DNA from: Lama guanicoe
Taxonomy: Eukaryota
Direction of reading: 5' to 3'
Assembly (NCBI GenBank): GCA_013239625.1
Contig: MU053557.1
Span: 1,061,063-1,125,062 of the forward strand
Length of the DNA stretch: 64,000 nt
This document shows, in pieces, positions 48,965 to 61,570 of the stretch; within the stretch, counting starts at the first letter, position 1; every line of letters starts with the position of its first letter. The position numbers were made by a program, and so were the translations under genes. The notes beneath the pieces are model-generated. The model was given only the letters and a program-made list of their open reading frames with translations, was not told the DNA's origin and did no database searches.

Positions 48965-50030
48965 GTATTACTGTTTACTAAGTGCCTAGTTCATGTCCAG
49001 CACTGTGCTTGCGTGACCTCTCATTTAAACATTTAAGAACTTAAAATTTTAAAATGTATTCCTGCTTCTCAGACATTTATTTATTTAAAAGTAGAAGCAG
49101 AAACTGAGGGTCACTAAGAGTAACCAACGTGCTGTAGGATGTACAGATGGTAAGAGGCAGGGCCACCACTGAACCAGGGTGTGCGTGGGGCTAATGTCTC
49201 TGAGCTTTCCTCTACACACAAATGGCCTCTTGAGCAAACAGGTTTGAGCTTAAAGCCAGATCAGTTGGGGATTATTCATATGGCTGTCACTTTAAGTTAT
49301 TATTTGTGTCAGGTATCACTGGGGCCTGGGAGGAGGGCATATGAGAGAAAGTATTACGTGGGTTAACAAAATGTTTTCACCTTATCCGCAAGGATGCATT
49401 AACAGCTAGAAGAAAACATATTATACTATCTCAGGTGAACTCACTCATTATACGAGTATAAATGCAGCTGCTAGTCAAGGAAAGTCATCAAGAGAAGAGC
49501 TGCGAGTAGAACTTCTGATCTTTAATTGCTTTGAGACACAATCAGGGCTCTTTGGTGTCTGTCATTTTCATGTTCACTGTGTCTTCAGAGTTCCCTGCAG
49601 GAAACCCAAAAATGAAAGTGAGGTTCCAGCTCAATAGCAAATGAATTTAGCATGGATTCTTTGTACATTTAAGTCTAAGATAAAGTAGATAAGCAGACAA
49701 ATTGCTCTTAATAACAGACACTAGTATGAATTATAAGCCAACTAGGTAAGAACTAGATGAGCAGGTTGTTCATTTGAAAAGAAAAATGCAAGTATGTTAT
49801 TTTTCTAGAGTGTTAGTCACCAGAAACTTTAGCTTTATGATGTATATTTACAGGTCCTGACACTTGATAGCTCTGTGACTTTTCAGAACACACGTCTCTG
49901 TGCCTCACTCTTATCACAACAAAGTGAAGACAGTGGTAGTGCCTGTCCACCAATGAAGTAGTGATAAGGATAATGAAATGCCCCACATGCACAGGGTCTG
50001 GCTTGCCGTGAGCCTTGGCACAGTGTAATC
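48965..50030. mobile_element. Two separate MIR fragments (~48965-49200 minus; ~49850-50030 plus) with unique DNA between them
   Basis: tttactaagtgcctagttcatgtccagcactgtgct...ctcatttaa...gaaactgagg; cacttgatagctctgtgact...tctctgtgcctca. Confidence 0.6.
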
Positions 50031-50642
50031 ATCAACTATGATTTATCACTGTGATTACCACTGAATCGTGTGTAGGAAGATGGAAATACCTTTGGGTAAT
50101 TCAAAACTGAATCTGATTTCACTGGGGTTCACACCTGTTCTTGTACCATGAGGCAGGTCTGCAAACTGAAAAGCATTTTAATTTGATTGGGTCTTCCGAA
50201 AAGATGCATATTGGCTTTATAAAAGCCCTTAAATCATATTGTAATGATTGACCCTTATACCTGAAAGTTTGACACATAACTACTCAACAAATACTCCATA
50301 AATTGAGTTGTGTTAATTTGTATTAACCGTTTTAGTATATGATAAGTAAGCATATAAAGTGTGTCTGTATGTGCAGAATTCATCAGCTGTGACTTAAGAT
50401 ATTTGCACAGGATTTGTAGATGGCTATCATAAAACTTTAACATAGTGACAGAAATTTTATTTTATCAAATACACGCACTACAATGAATTTCTCAGGGGAC
50501 AGAATAGATGTGTTGATGTTGTTTTATGACTCAGTATTCACTAAAATCAGGAAATGTGGTCCTTCTATATGCTGCTAGAAATGCCAGGAAATAAGTACTT
50601 CACATGCTCTTGACCTTTGTTCCAGTTGGTGCAGAAGGCAAC

Positions 50643-51345
50643 CATTCATTTATTTGACATGCGTCTATTGAACATCTTCTATATGACAGGGACTGTTCCA
50701 GACACTGGGGATAGAAAGATGAACAAGATACACCAGGTCCTTGGTCTTTTGAACTTGTGTTATAGTGGGCATGGTTACACAGTAAATAAGCAAAGGGGCT
50801 ACAGAAAGTGATGTGTACTGGAAAGAAAATTAAATGGAAAAGGTAAATAGAGAGTAACAGTGACTGGGATGTGTTTCTTTTAAATTAGGTAGTAAGGAGA
50901 GCCTCTCTGTGTGATGCTTAACTATTTTTCGAAACATCTTGAATTCTTTTAAAAGTTCAGGGGATCTAAAAACCACCAAAATGAGAGTCATTTTAAGAGT
51001 TTAGAAAGCCTTCATGTAGCTGAGTTTTATTTTGTTCTAGGACATCAGTAGTTATCAAACTGGGAAGCCCCCTTCTGTTTTGCATGACTGTCCCCAACTC
51101 TTTGACTACTTTGGTGGAGTTCAGTTTGAACGTAATCTCTTCTGGGAAGCATCCCTGATCTCTTGAATGTAACGTTCTGTTCCTTCTGTGTACTCCTCTA
51201 GCACATACGTCTTTATAACATTAAGTTAAAGAGGTTTATTTACTTGTCCATTCCAACACCCACTATCCATACATTAAACCATAGGCCCTTTGAAAGAAAT
51301 GACTTTTCTTATTTGAATTTGTATATCCAGTGCCTGGCACAGCTA
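50643..51345. mobile_element. Two L2 3' fragments (~50643-50910 minus; ~51085-51345 plus)
   Basis: cattcatttatttgacatgcgtctattgaacatcttctatatgacagggactgttccagacactggggataga; tctcttctgggaagcatccctga...tttgtatatccagtgcctggcacag. Confidence 0.75.
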
Positions 51346-54300
51346 CAACTTTCCCGTGTGAAAGGTGATGAATATAACACGGGGCCTTTAAGTTTCATTA
51401 AGTATCGACTCATTTATTGAACATCCTTGTATTCTATACGTGCTGTATATTTTCTCAGCTGGTCTTTGTTCCATGTCAAACTGACTAGCTTGTATAACCT
51501 CAGAAAAGTCACACACTGTAGAACCAAGTTTTTGATGTCTTCCAAACAACCAATAGGTCATGGAGGCCCTGGAAGTCATATATAAGCCCTCCGTGTTTGC
51601 CTGTGGTGTGTAGGTACTTGTTAATAAATAATAATTCATAGTTAATAGAAAATTTCCCTTTTTTGTGCCATTTTCCCATCACTCTCCTCTCTAATCAGGC
51701 TCGATAACTCACTACCTCCTGTACTGGGCTCAACCCCTTATCCTTCATCCACGACACCTCTTCTTTTAGGGCTTAGTTCCCATTTGAATTTCCCACCTGA
51801 AATGCACCTTGCTCTCCACACTTGCAACCCCTGGACGATATTGTAGAAGGGGGAAGGTGCACTACCCTGGAAAGAGCTGGTACTGGGGATCTGGTGGGCA
51901 AACAAAAACCATCAGTGGAGAATTTAATTTCTAGAGAATGATACTTTGCCAGCGTTTCCAGTAAATTAGGATCAACCCTAAAATGGAAACAGTAAATGAA
52001 ATCTAAATATGTTCAGCTCAGTGGGCTTCAAAAATCTTTTAACATCAAAGTTATTCATGAAGTTTTGGAAGTTTGAACATTTTTGTTCAAAGCCCCAGTG
52101 CTCCAAAATTCATATGCAGATCCAACAAGAAAGAATCTCTTTGAGGGAATTTGAGGTGAGCTCTGAAGTTTTATATGGATATTCTTGTGGTGCTATATAA
52201 ATTATTAAGTATACATGTATATGTATTTCACAATAAAGATATGCTACTTGCTACTTGCTGGGTATTTTGTTAGAACGGATATACAGCAGGTGTAGGGCTA
52301 TATACACATTATGAGCCCCCAGTAAATGCTGTTTACTGATTGGTGAAATACAGGTTGGAGCAGACTGAACCCAGCCAAGACTGACCCCCAGTAGTAGTTT
52401 CATTGCATGATGGCTTTTGTCAGGAAATGAGGTTGATTATTTCACAGCTTGGTATCCTTTTTCCCCAGTGCCTTTGAATCTTGCAATAAACACCCTTTTC
52501 TTTACGTTATAGGTAAGAGAAATCTACTTGAGAACCTTCTGGGTGTCAAATGCTTATTCTCATTGCTAATCAATAGCTAATTCTGCTGATTTTACTTACA
52601 GTATGTTCTGGATACTTGTTCTCTTACCCTGAATCCCACTCCTTTTGCTCTATGCCAGACCTTACATCTTTCATTAAGTTAGACAGCATGTGCCTCACAC
52701 TTAAAGATGCTCAAAAAATAGTAGATTGCATACTTTTTTGAATATCTCTTCCTTCTGCCTTCAGTCTATCCTGTACACTGTACTCACAGTAAACCTTCTA
52801 GAGTATCATTCTAATGATGGCTTATGTTTGCTCAAAACCTTCAGTGATTCTCAAATATTCAGAGAATAAACCACAGACCCCTTATTTCGATATTCAAAGC
52901 CACCTTGGCCTGGCCTTGAGTAGTGACTTAAAAAAAACCTTTTCTTGATCATGAAGCCTGTGTTCCTGCATAGTGTTTAAGAACTTGGACGATGGAATCT
53001 AATTCAGAGCCTGGCTCCACAACTTATGACCTGTATGGCCTCATGTACTGATAGGCACTCAGTAGGGCAAAACTTATTAACTACTTCACTGGGTTATATA
53101 ATGATGGTTAAGATCACGCATTGAAGTTCTTAGAATTTCTGAGGTGGGTCTTAGCTCTTGACCTGTCTCCAATTAATAAGTGTTAATTTTTTTAGCATTA
53201 ATTTTTAGCAGCCACTTGGTACAGAGGCTGCATTCTGCTTTTATGAGGGGAAAATCTGAAAGACATACCTGAAAGGTGTACTTTCTCTTCAAAGACTCAC
53301 ATGCTTTCCATCTATTAGCAGATGATTTAGTGCCGAAAAGGCAGATGTCTGATGGCCAAGGAGAACTGAGGAATTTTAGCTTAGCTGATAATGTCCTTGC
53401 TATAACTTTTCTGTTAGTCATGCTCAATGAATAGACAAAAATAACTCCCCCAAGGAGAGTAATTTTCCTCCCTAATCATGATGTCTGTGGAGTCCCTGAG
53501 AGTAATGATACTGTGGGGGGTATCCTGGGATCTCCTCTGTGTCCTAGATGCGGACAGCACGTGCAGAGCGAGATGAAGGCTACCTCAGGGGATAACTTTA
53601 CCTCCTCCCTCCTTCGTTTTTTCTTATCCCACATTAATGCAGTGCCTCCCTGCCTTCTTCCTGCTCCCAAAGGGGCACTGGCACTGAATGCCGTTAATAA
53701 TATCTCAGTTATTCATTCTACGTTGATCACCACCCATCTGGGAAATGGTACAAGAATACGCACACAGAGTGAAAAATTTTGAAAGTTAAGAAGTGACCTT
53801 ACTTTCTTAACAAGTATTATAAATGTTACTTATTTTGCAATTTCTGCCCTCATTTTTCCTACATTCTTTCCATTCTCACCATTTTCCCAAAGAATAGCTT
53901 GTGTGCATCCTTGCCCTTATCTCCTTGGACATCAGTCTTTTAATTAACATGGGGCCTATCACATTATCAACCTGTTAATTAAAAATACAAGGAGAGTCAT
54001 CCAGGAGTTGAACAGTGTCCTCCAGGGATTCTCGGTCAGAAGGTATATTGCAAGGAACCATTAAACTTTTTTCAGCTTTAGGACAATGATGATCAGAAAA
54101 CTCCAATTTTTAACTTATGACAGTTGAGTATCAAATATGTGAAATAGACATGGTGCTCTGAGAGCTTTTATAGCATATAGTCCTTGACCAACAGAGCCCC
54201 AGGGGACCCCCTTGTTCATGCGTCTATGCACTTTGAACCATGAAACCCTCATCTCCTGGCCATAGACTGTTGACATTTGAGCGAAAGGCAGCCAGTGGAC

Positions 54301-54444
54301 CTACTGACCTAACATGAGCCTGTATATTAGATGGTTACTAACAGATGTACTCAGGTTTTGTTACAGTCCTTTCAATATGAGTAACTGTTTACTCATCAAT
54401 GATCTCTTAATGAACATCCACTGTGGACTTTCTCACCTTTTTAC

Positions 54445-55270
54445 TTCTGTATGCCATTTGCCAAGTTCAAGCATTTTCAGCCTTATTTCTTTGACTACCT
54501 TCAGCTCCAGCCTCTTTCTCTTCTCTTTCTGGGGGCTCTGATGACACAACTGTTAGCTCCTTTGCCATGGTTCTATACATCTGAGGTTCTTTTCATAGAT
54601 TCTCAAGTGTATTATCTCTGTTTTGTTTTAATTGGATGACTTCTATTTTTCTATCTTGAAGTTCACTGATGGTTCCCTCTGTTCTGTCTTCTGCTGTTGA
54701 GCTCATCTGTAAGTGTTTTTCTCAAGTTCTAAAATTTTTATTTCATTCTTTTTAGTATTTTCTGCATCTCTACTGTTTTTTTTCATTACTTTCAAGCATG
54801 TTTATAATTATCCTCTGAGGCATTTTTCGGCAGGACTGCTTTTAAAACCCATGTCATTTAATTGTAACATCGTTGTCATCTCAGTGTTGGTATATGTTTT
54901 ATTGTCTTTGAGCTTTTTCTAGTTTTTTGGTAATGGATGTGACTCTTTATTGACTCCTGGACATTTTGAGCATCATATTATGAGACTATTAATCTAATTT
55001 ACAGTTTCTCCTCTCACAGCCTCCTCTAACACTACACTGTAGGCAGAGTCAAGCACCACCTGGTTGCTGTCAGATGGACTGGGAGTCCGAGTTCCCCGCT
55101 CAGTCTCCTTGACACCCTAAGTAGAGTCATGTCTCAGGACTGCTGTGGGGAGGAGGGAGTTCAGACTCCTTGTCAGGCTTCTGTTCTGATATCACCAACA
55201 CTGAGAAGGTTAAAGATAGTTTGTTACTACCCCCACACAACCTTCACTGACACCACAAAGGGCATCCTTG
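54445..55270 (-). mobile_element. Old LINE-1 ORF1/5' UTR fragment
   Basis: ttttcagccttatttctttga...ttctattttctatcttgaagttcactgat...ttctgctgttgagctcatct. Confidence 0.65.
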
Positions 55271-55289
55271 TTGTGTTATATGCCACTCT

Positions 55290-56112
55290 GCACTAAAAAG
55301 AACGGACAAGTTTTCCTGGAGAAACGGCTGATTCCTTCCTTCCATGTAAGGAAGACACATGCCGCAAGGACACAGGAACCAGCTTGAATCGGCTCCCAGT
55401 GATCAAATCTTGAATACTGTAAGTGCCAAAATAAATAATGATAGCAGTGAATTATAACCCATTAATTAAAGTAAGGATTACTCAACTTTATGCTGAAATA
55501 AGGAAAGCTCTTTCTTATAATGGAATTACAGCTAATGTGTATGGAAGTTGAAAAATCATCAACAGAAACTAAAATTTCTAGGTGTAAGTTTGATAAGGGA
55601 CAGGATATTTATATAGTTTCAAAATAGCTTCCACAGATTACTTTTTTGATTACAAAGGGAAAAAGTAGTAACCTTACAGTGAGGGAACATGGCAGGAAGC
55701 ATCTTAATCAAGGCATCAAAGCTAACGTTTAATATTAGTAACACTGAGACAAACCAACATGAAGTGCCTTCTGTCATGTTGCACTGAGAATGCTTCTTCA
55801 TTGGTATTCCTATAAAAATGCATAACCTCAACCTAATTATGGTGAAACATTAGACAAATCCAAATTGAGAGATATTCAACAAAATAACTGATACGTACTA
55901 TTAAAAATGTGAAGATACGAAAAGAAAGAAGCCTTTTGTACTGTTTATTTTAAAAGACACGTGCAACTAAATATATGCAATAATTTATCCTGGATTATTT
56001 ATGACAACTAAATACAATGAATTATCCTTAATTGGGTTCTACACATGGAAAAATAGTTTAAAGGGTGTTATTTCAGGAATTACTAAGATTTTGAATTTGG
56101 ACTGTGGATTAT
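55290..56112 (+). mobile_element. LINE-1 3' UTR (L1MC3/4-like)
   Basis: ttcctggagaaacggctgattcc, ggaaccagcttgaatcggctcccagtgatcaaatct, attacaaagggaaaaagtagtaaccttacagtg, gacaaatccaaattgagagatattc. Confidence 0.8.
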
Positions 56113-56332
56113 TAGGGATTGGAAAACTACAGTATGTCAGCCAGGTTCATCCTAGGGTCTGTTTTTGTATGCTTTATGAGCCCAAAATGGTTTTTAAATT
56201 TTTAAGTGTTAGAAAAATAAGTAAGCCAAAAGCAAAAACAAAACCAAAAACATGTAAAGAGAACTGATGAGGCTGTCAATGCCTAAAATGTTTGTTATCT
56301 CTTCTTTATGGGAAACAGCTTGCTAACTCCTG
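56113..56332. mobile_element. hAT-Charlie MITE, MER58-like
   Basis: Terminal inverted repeats tagggattggaaaact / agcttgctaactcctg; internal ctgtttttgtat...aatggtttttaaatttttaa...gcctaaaatgtttgttatct. Confidence 0.75.
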
Positions 56333-56994
56333 GACTAGAGGATTAGTAAAAGTCAAGATACATTTCATTTAAGCTCCCAGATACAGCAAGATGTCCCCCT
56401 GGCCTTTTCCTGTACATGAGCCAACAAATTACCTTTGTTCTTATGAAGTCACTTGAGTTAGGGTTCGAACATTTGCAAGCAAAGGGATCTTGGATGATAC
56501 AAACCACCTGCGCATCCAAGGCAATGTGCCCTTGGTTCCTCAATTTTATTTGCTGGTGTAGACCGCCTTTCAGTGGTAAGGTTCTTCAGAGGCCGTATCA
56601 AATCTCCCATCATGGCTGGCATAACTGTACAGGTGTAGAGTTTTCCATTCAGTCAGGTTTACATGTCTCTGCAAGTGCCGATTTACATTCTGCTGCTCTC
56701 AGAAGAAATATTGACGAAATGTGTCCGATGTAATTAAAAATGGATTCATAATGGAAATGCCAATTCCTTGAGCATAACTAATGACACTGTGAATTCACTT
56801 AATTACTTTTTACATGGTCTAAAGATCTGATAGGAAAAAAGAAAAGACTTCACTATCGTATTATACTATTTCTTAAATTTACTTCCGAGAAAATACATAA
56901 AGCAGTTCTTAAAGAAAGGGGAGAGTTGAAGGGAGAGAAACGTCAAGATGATTTAGAGAAATAAGGACTTTGGCTTCACAAGTTTAGTTCAGCA

Positions 56995-57300
56995 TCCTTT
57001 ATTCATTCTCCTTTCCGTTCCTCTCTGCAAGCATGTGCTGAGCAAGTAACGGGTGCTGGCACAGAGGCAGGCACTGAGGCCCTGCTAAGTAATGTGATGC
57101 AGTCCTTACCACTGTGGTGATCACAAGGTGCTAGGAAAGGGAACTGTTATCATACAATTGCAGTGCCATCTGATGAGGGAAATGAAAGTTCTACATGTAA
57201 ACCTCATTGCTTAGGGCTTTGCAAAAAGTCTTGTCTAAAGAACAGAAGTTTGATCTGGATATTGAAGGTGAATAGGAGGTTGCCAGATAATCTTGAAAAC
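56995..57300 (-). mobile_element. L2 3' fragment
   Basis: attcattc...gctgagcaagtaacgggtgctggcacag...tttgatctggatattgaaggtgaataggaggttgccag. Confidence 0.65.
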
Positions 57301-58199
57301 AAAGAAGGCATATGCCTCTGGGGAAGAGATTAAAGGAAGTTGTTATTTAAATTAAAATTCAAGAAAGTTGTACAGTCAGGGTGGAATGCCAAAATATAGT
57401 AAAGGAAAAAAAATGAACTATTATAAGTTTCTATGAGAGAATCTTAGGGTCAAAGGGTGCCACCACAGACAAATTAATGCAGGATAGAAAGCTGGAAAAA
57501 TAAACCAAAGAGAGAAAAAGGGGGAATTAAGAAGAGAAGGAAAGAGGGAGAGAAGAAAGGAGTCAGCTCAATGTGTGTTTCTTAAAGTCACAGGTCATTA
57601 CATACCACGAGATGACCACATTCAGACCTTTTAGGACTAACAAAGAGTAAGCCATTGTGTCTCCCTTTAATTTGCACCTGAGGCATGATTTGAGGCTCCC
57701 AGGCTTAACAAACACATCGAACCTTTCCAAAGCTACTTATTTACATATAAGAATGTATGAAACTTTAGAGGAACCTATAAACGTGTCACAAGTGAGGAGC
57801 ATGGTCTCCTACTTTCTTTGCTTTCTGCCTTTTCCTATTCTGTGAATAACAGAAATCCCATTTTACTTGGAGAATCATCTCTTCCCTGTGATTTTGGTGA
57901 GCCAGATTGACCCCTAGCTAGATGTTCTGTATGACCGAGGCTTGCATGATCATAACATTGAATCCTAGAATTTAGTAACTTGTTAAAAATGTGACCAAAT
58001 TCTAGTTTGAACTGTTGTAAGAGATCCTTTTTTACTTACTCAACTCATAGTTATAAAAATAAAAGCCTGAATCTGCCTGGGGTCCCCACTAGTAATGAAT
58101 GAACCAGAAAAAGAAGTCAACAGGAAGATGGAACCACTGCATGAATTAAAGTCAAATTCTAATGTCCTTGAGTATGCATCTGGGTCTGTAAGTGACAGA

Positions 58200-59990
58200 T
58201 TTCCTCAGTCATTGGCTTTCTTGGAAATGTCTTTGTTCAACTCTTGCTTTTGGAGGACATTTTACTCGGTATGAAATTCCAAGTTAATGACTTACTTTTG
58301 TTGTTGTTCATTTATTTTCCTTTAGCAGGTTAAAAATGCCATTCCATTATCTTACTGTTTCCATTATTTCTATTAAATAAGAAGTGGTTAGTTTTATTGT
58401 TGATGCTTTGAAGCTAATGCCTTTTTTCTCTCTCCATTTAAAATTTCCTTTTTTGTTTTGTTTTCTGTAGTTGGTCTACAATGTGTTTGGGTACAGCTTT
58501 ATTCTATTTATCCTGCCCAGAATTTGCTGAGCTGCTGTAGGTTTGGGGTTGATTTTTAAAAATCAGTTTAGAAAAGTCATAGTCATTTGACTTTAAGTGT
58601 TTCTTGTATCTCATTCTCTTTCATCTCTGAGACTCCAGTTACACATATATTAGACCTTTTCCATGTATGTCTTAAGCCCTTACGATAAATATGTATTTGT
58701 GCTTCTATTTCATTTTTTTCTGGTTCACTAATAATGTCAGTTGTCATTTCAGTTTTGGAATATCCATTCAATGTTTTTTAGAGTAGAGTTCTCTGGCAAA
58801 ATTCTCCATCTTGTTACTTATTTTCTTGCACATACTAATCTTAGTTATTTTAAAGTCTTTGGTATCTCAACTATCTGAGTTACCTGTAAGCCTATTTTAT
58901 TGCCTTTTTTGTCTTAGTCACTTTTCTTGAAATGCTTGGTAATTTTGGTTAAATATTTGTAAGAAGATCATAGAAGTTTTGAATGACTCCTCAAGAAATT
59001 TATTTACCCTCTCTGTTGACTGTTGCCTAGAATAGGGCATATATTCTCAATACAGTCAGGGAGAGAGTTGTTTTTTTAAAGGTCAGTGTCAAGATAAGTA
59101 CTCCCAGGATGTGTGTCTCCAGGTCTTCCAGCCAAAAGCCTGGAGTTCTTATAGTGGCCTCCCTTCCTTGGGATCCTGAGCTCCAATTTTATTACTCAGA
59201 ACTGCTAAAAAATCTGTCCTGTTTTGAACACGCAGAATTCTTGTTCCTAAAAAGCAAAAATGTCTTGGCACTCAGTGACTGCCTTCTTTAGATGCAGCGT
59301 GTACTTTCCAGCTCACTGCAGGCCCCACCACTCCCTGTTGTTACGCATACAACTAGCTTCACTCAGTTTCATCAGCTGCATGAGCCCTGTCTGTAATCCT
59401 TTGATTTCTCTCTCCTGAAATCAAATAGAAGCATAGGATATTCTTTGTTCTTCAGACTTAATAGAGGAAAGAAGCTTTCATGGCAGTAAAATGCTTTTGT
59501 TTTAGATATAAAGTAAGACACAGCTTAGGAACTGGCAGACCTTTTCAAAGGAAAAACATACTGAGTTTTAGGCTTATGTCTCCACCCTCTCTCCTCTCAG
59601 GAATCTTATTTCCTCTCATACTTACAGCCTTGACAGCCTGAAACCTCAATTTTTGTTTTCCCAGTCCTGGGAAACTGCCAAAATACTGATGACTTGTCTG
59701 CCTGTTTACAGTTGCTACGTCCTGCTTTTTGGCTTCTCAGCCTCTCGTTTTCTACAAAAATGGTAAATTGTCCCAGCAGAAAAGTGGTATTCTGGATTTA
59801 CACCTCAGCTCAATGAGCTTCCTTTTTCTGAGATGCTGATCTCACAAATCCTGGCTGCAATGGCGTTTTCACTGCTCTTTCAGACAGTTTGTGTGTGTGC
59901 ATGTGTGTGCATGTGTATGTGGCTCTCTGTTGGATTTTTAGCTGATGTCAGTGGGATGTACTCCTCCATAATAGCTTGAAGCAGAGGCAT
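58200..59990 (-). mobile_element. Old LINE-1 ORF1 and 5' UTR remnants
   Basis: Minus ORF 58583-58771 contains LRHTWKRSNICVTGVSE, similar to the ORF1p KRSNIRIIGVPE motif; inter-ORF-type ttaaaaatgccattccattatcttactg. Confidence 0.72.
59230..59417 (-). mobile_element. MER102-like hAT fragment, copy A
   Basis: agtgactgccttctttagatgcagcgtgtactttccagctcactgcaggccccaccactccctgttg resembles the reverse complement of recalled MER102. Confidence 0.65.
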
Positions 59991-60019
59991 TCTTACCTGG
60001 ACATTATTTTAGGTATCAG

Positions 60020-60215
60020 TACATTTCACATGAAAATTCAGACTTTTTTCACTTGAAAAATAACAAGTTAAGGCAACCCAGAATCTTTATTCCTTTGAAG
60101 TCAGCATGCATTTTATGGAACACACTCCTCACTGCTCTAGACTTTCTCCCTTCCCGCTGCACTCACTTCCATCACCTGCACACCCCTCTGTAATCACTTG
60201 TTTCTGCTTCTCTTG
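60020..60215 (-). mobile_element. MER102-like hAT fragment, copy B
   Basis: atttcacatgaaaattcagactt...cttgaaaaataacaagttaaggcaac...cccgctgcactcacttccatcacctgc. Confidence 0.6.
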
Positions 60216-60574
60216 ATGTATATTGAGAGAACAGTATGTTTTTTGCTCTTCAAAGCCACAGACTAGAGGAAAGGATCTTCAATGGCAGTAAAGGAGGTTT
60301 TTGTTAGACATAAGGCATTTCTCCTTTATAGCGCTTTCCAGGAAAGGGGAGGCATTTCCAGAACACAATGCCGATAGGCTAGATGCCCCAGCCGTGTAGT
60401 AGAGATGAGACTGTGTCAGAGGCTGGGATGGGAATTACTGAAAATTAGACTAACTGGGTAGGCTTGATGAGTATGTTTTCATTAAACTCTGGCAGAGTGA
60501 TTATGAAATAAAAGGGCATTAACAGAATAAAATAATAATCATTCAGGAATTTGACATTCAGATATGAAAAGTCC

Positions 60575-61570
60575 ATCATTCATTCAATCTGTATTTATTG
60601 TCACCTACACATGCCAGCCTAGTTTCTAGGCACTTAGCATTTTGGATGAGCTTTAGTTTTAGCAGAATAATAAAGACAATACGTGCGTAAAAAACCAAAT
60701 AAGATAATTTCAGATAGTGTTAAGTATTTGTGGTAGGCATTATAATGGCCTCCAAAGATACCCATGTCCTAATGCCTAGGATATGTGATACATCACCCTA
60801 CTGGGCAAAGTGGACTCTGCAGATGTCATTGAGGCTAAGGACCTTAAGATGGGGAGATTATTTTGCATTAACCTGCTGGTCCCAATATGATAATGCATCT
60901 TTAAAAGCTGAAAATCTTTCCTGGCTACAGTCAGAGGAAGCTGTGATCGGAGAAGAAGGATCAGAAAACTAGAACTTTGCCTGCTTTGAAGATGAAAGAA
61001 AGGGGCCATGAACCAAAGATTGTGGATGGCCTCTAGGAACTAGAAAAGGGAAGCAAACAGATTCTCCCCTAAAGCCTTCAGAAAGCAATGCAGTCTGGCT
61101 TGCGCATTGATCTTAGACACTTCTTGGACTTCTGACCTACAGAATTATAAGATAATCCTTTTGTGATGTCTTAAGCCTCTAGGTTTGTGGTAATGTGTTA
61201 CTGCAGCAATAGAAAACTAACATAATGCAATGAAGAAAGTGATATAAGTTAGTGGTATAGAAAGTGGGGCCGGTGCTGAGGAGGCTGCGCCAACTGGGAC
61301 GACGATGGAAAACTTTCCGAAGGGGAAACTGGATGAGTACGTCAGAGGGCAATACAGGGAGAGCCTGTCAGTTGAGGACTGGAAAGAGTACCCGTGTAAC
61401 TGGAGGCTAATGACAGAGTGAAATGTGTGCATTTCGGGTGGGGAGGGCATGGAGGGCAGGGCAGGAGGTGACGAAACAAGCAGATGACGGATCAGATCAG
61501 GTCAGACATGGTGGGTCCAGGTGAAGTGTTTGGAGTTTATTCTCGTTTTGTTTGGAGGGTTTTTATCAGG
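60575..61570 (-). mobile_element. L2 3' region interrupted by MLT1D
   Basis: cattcattcaatctgtatttattgtcacctacacatgccag...aagataatttcagatagtgttaagt | atgcaatgaagaaa...tttggagtttattct...tggagggtttt. Confidence 0.72.
60729..61224 (+). mobile_element. MaLR solo LTR, MLT1D-like, near complete
   Basis: tgtggtaggcattataatggcctccaaagatacccatgtcctaat...cagattctcccctaaagccttcagaa...gacttctgacctacagaattataagataat...gcagcaatagaaaactaacata. Confidence 0.92.

Noticed and set aside
54445..56112. Third twin-primed L1 (minus ORF1/5' UTR abutting plus 3' UTR)
   Set aside because: The arms come from L1 regions several kb apart and no TSD is visible; independent insertions are simpler
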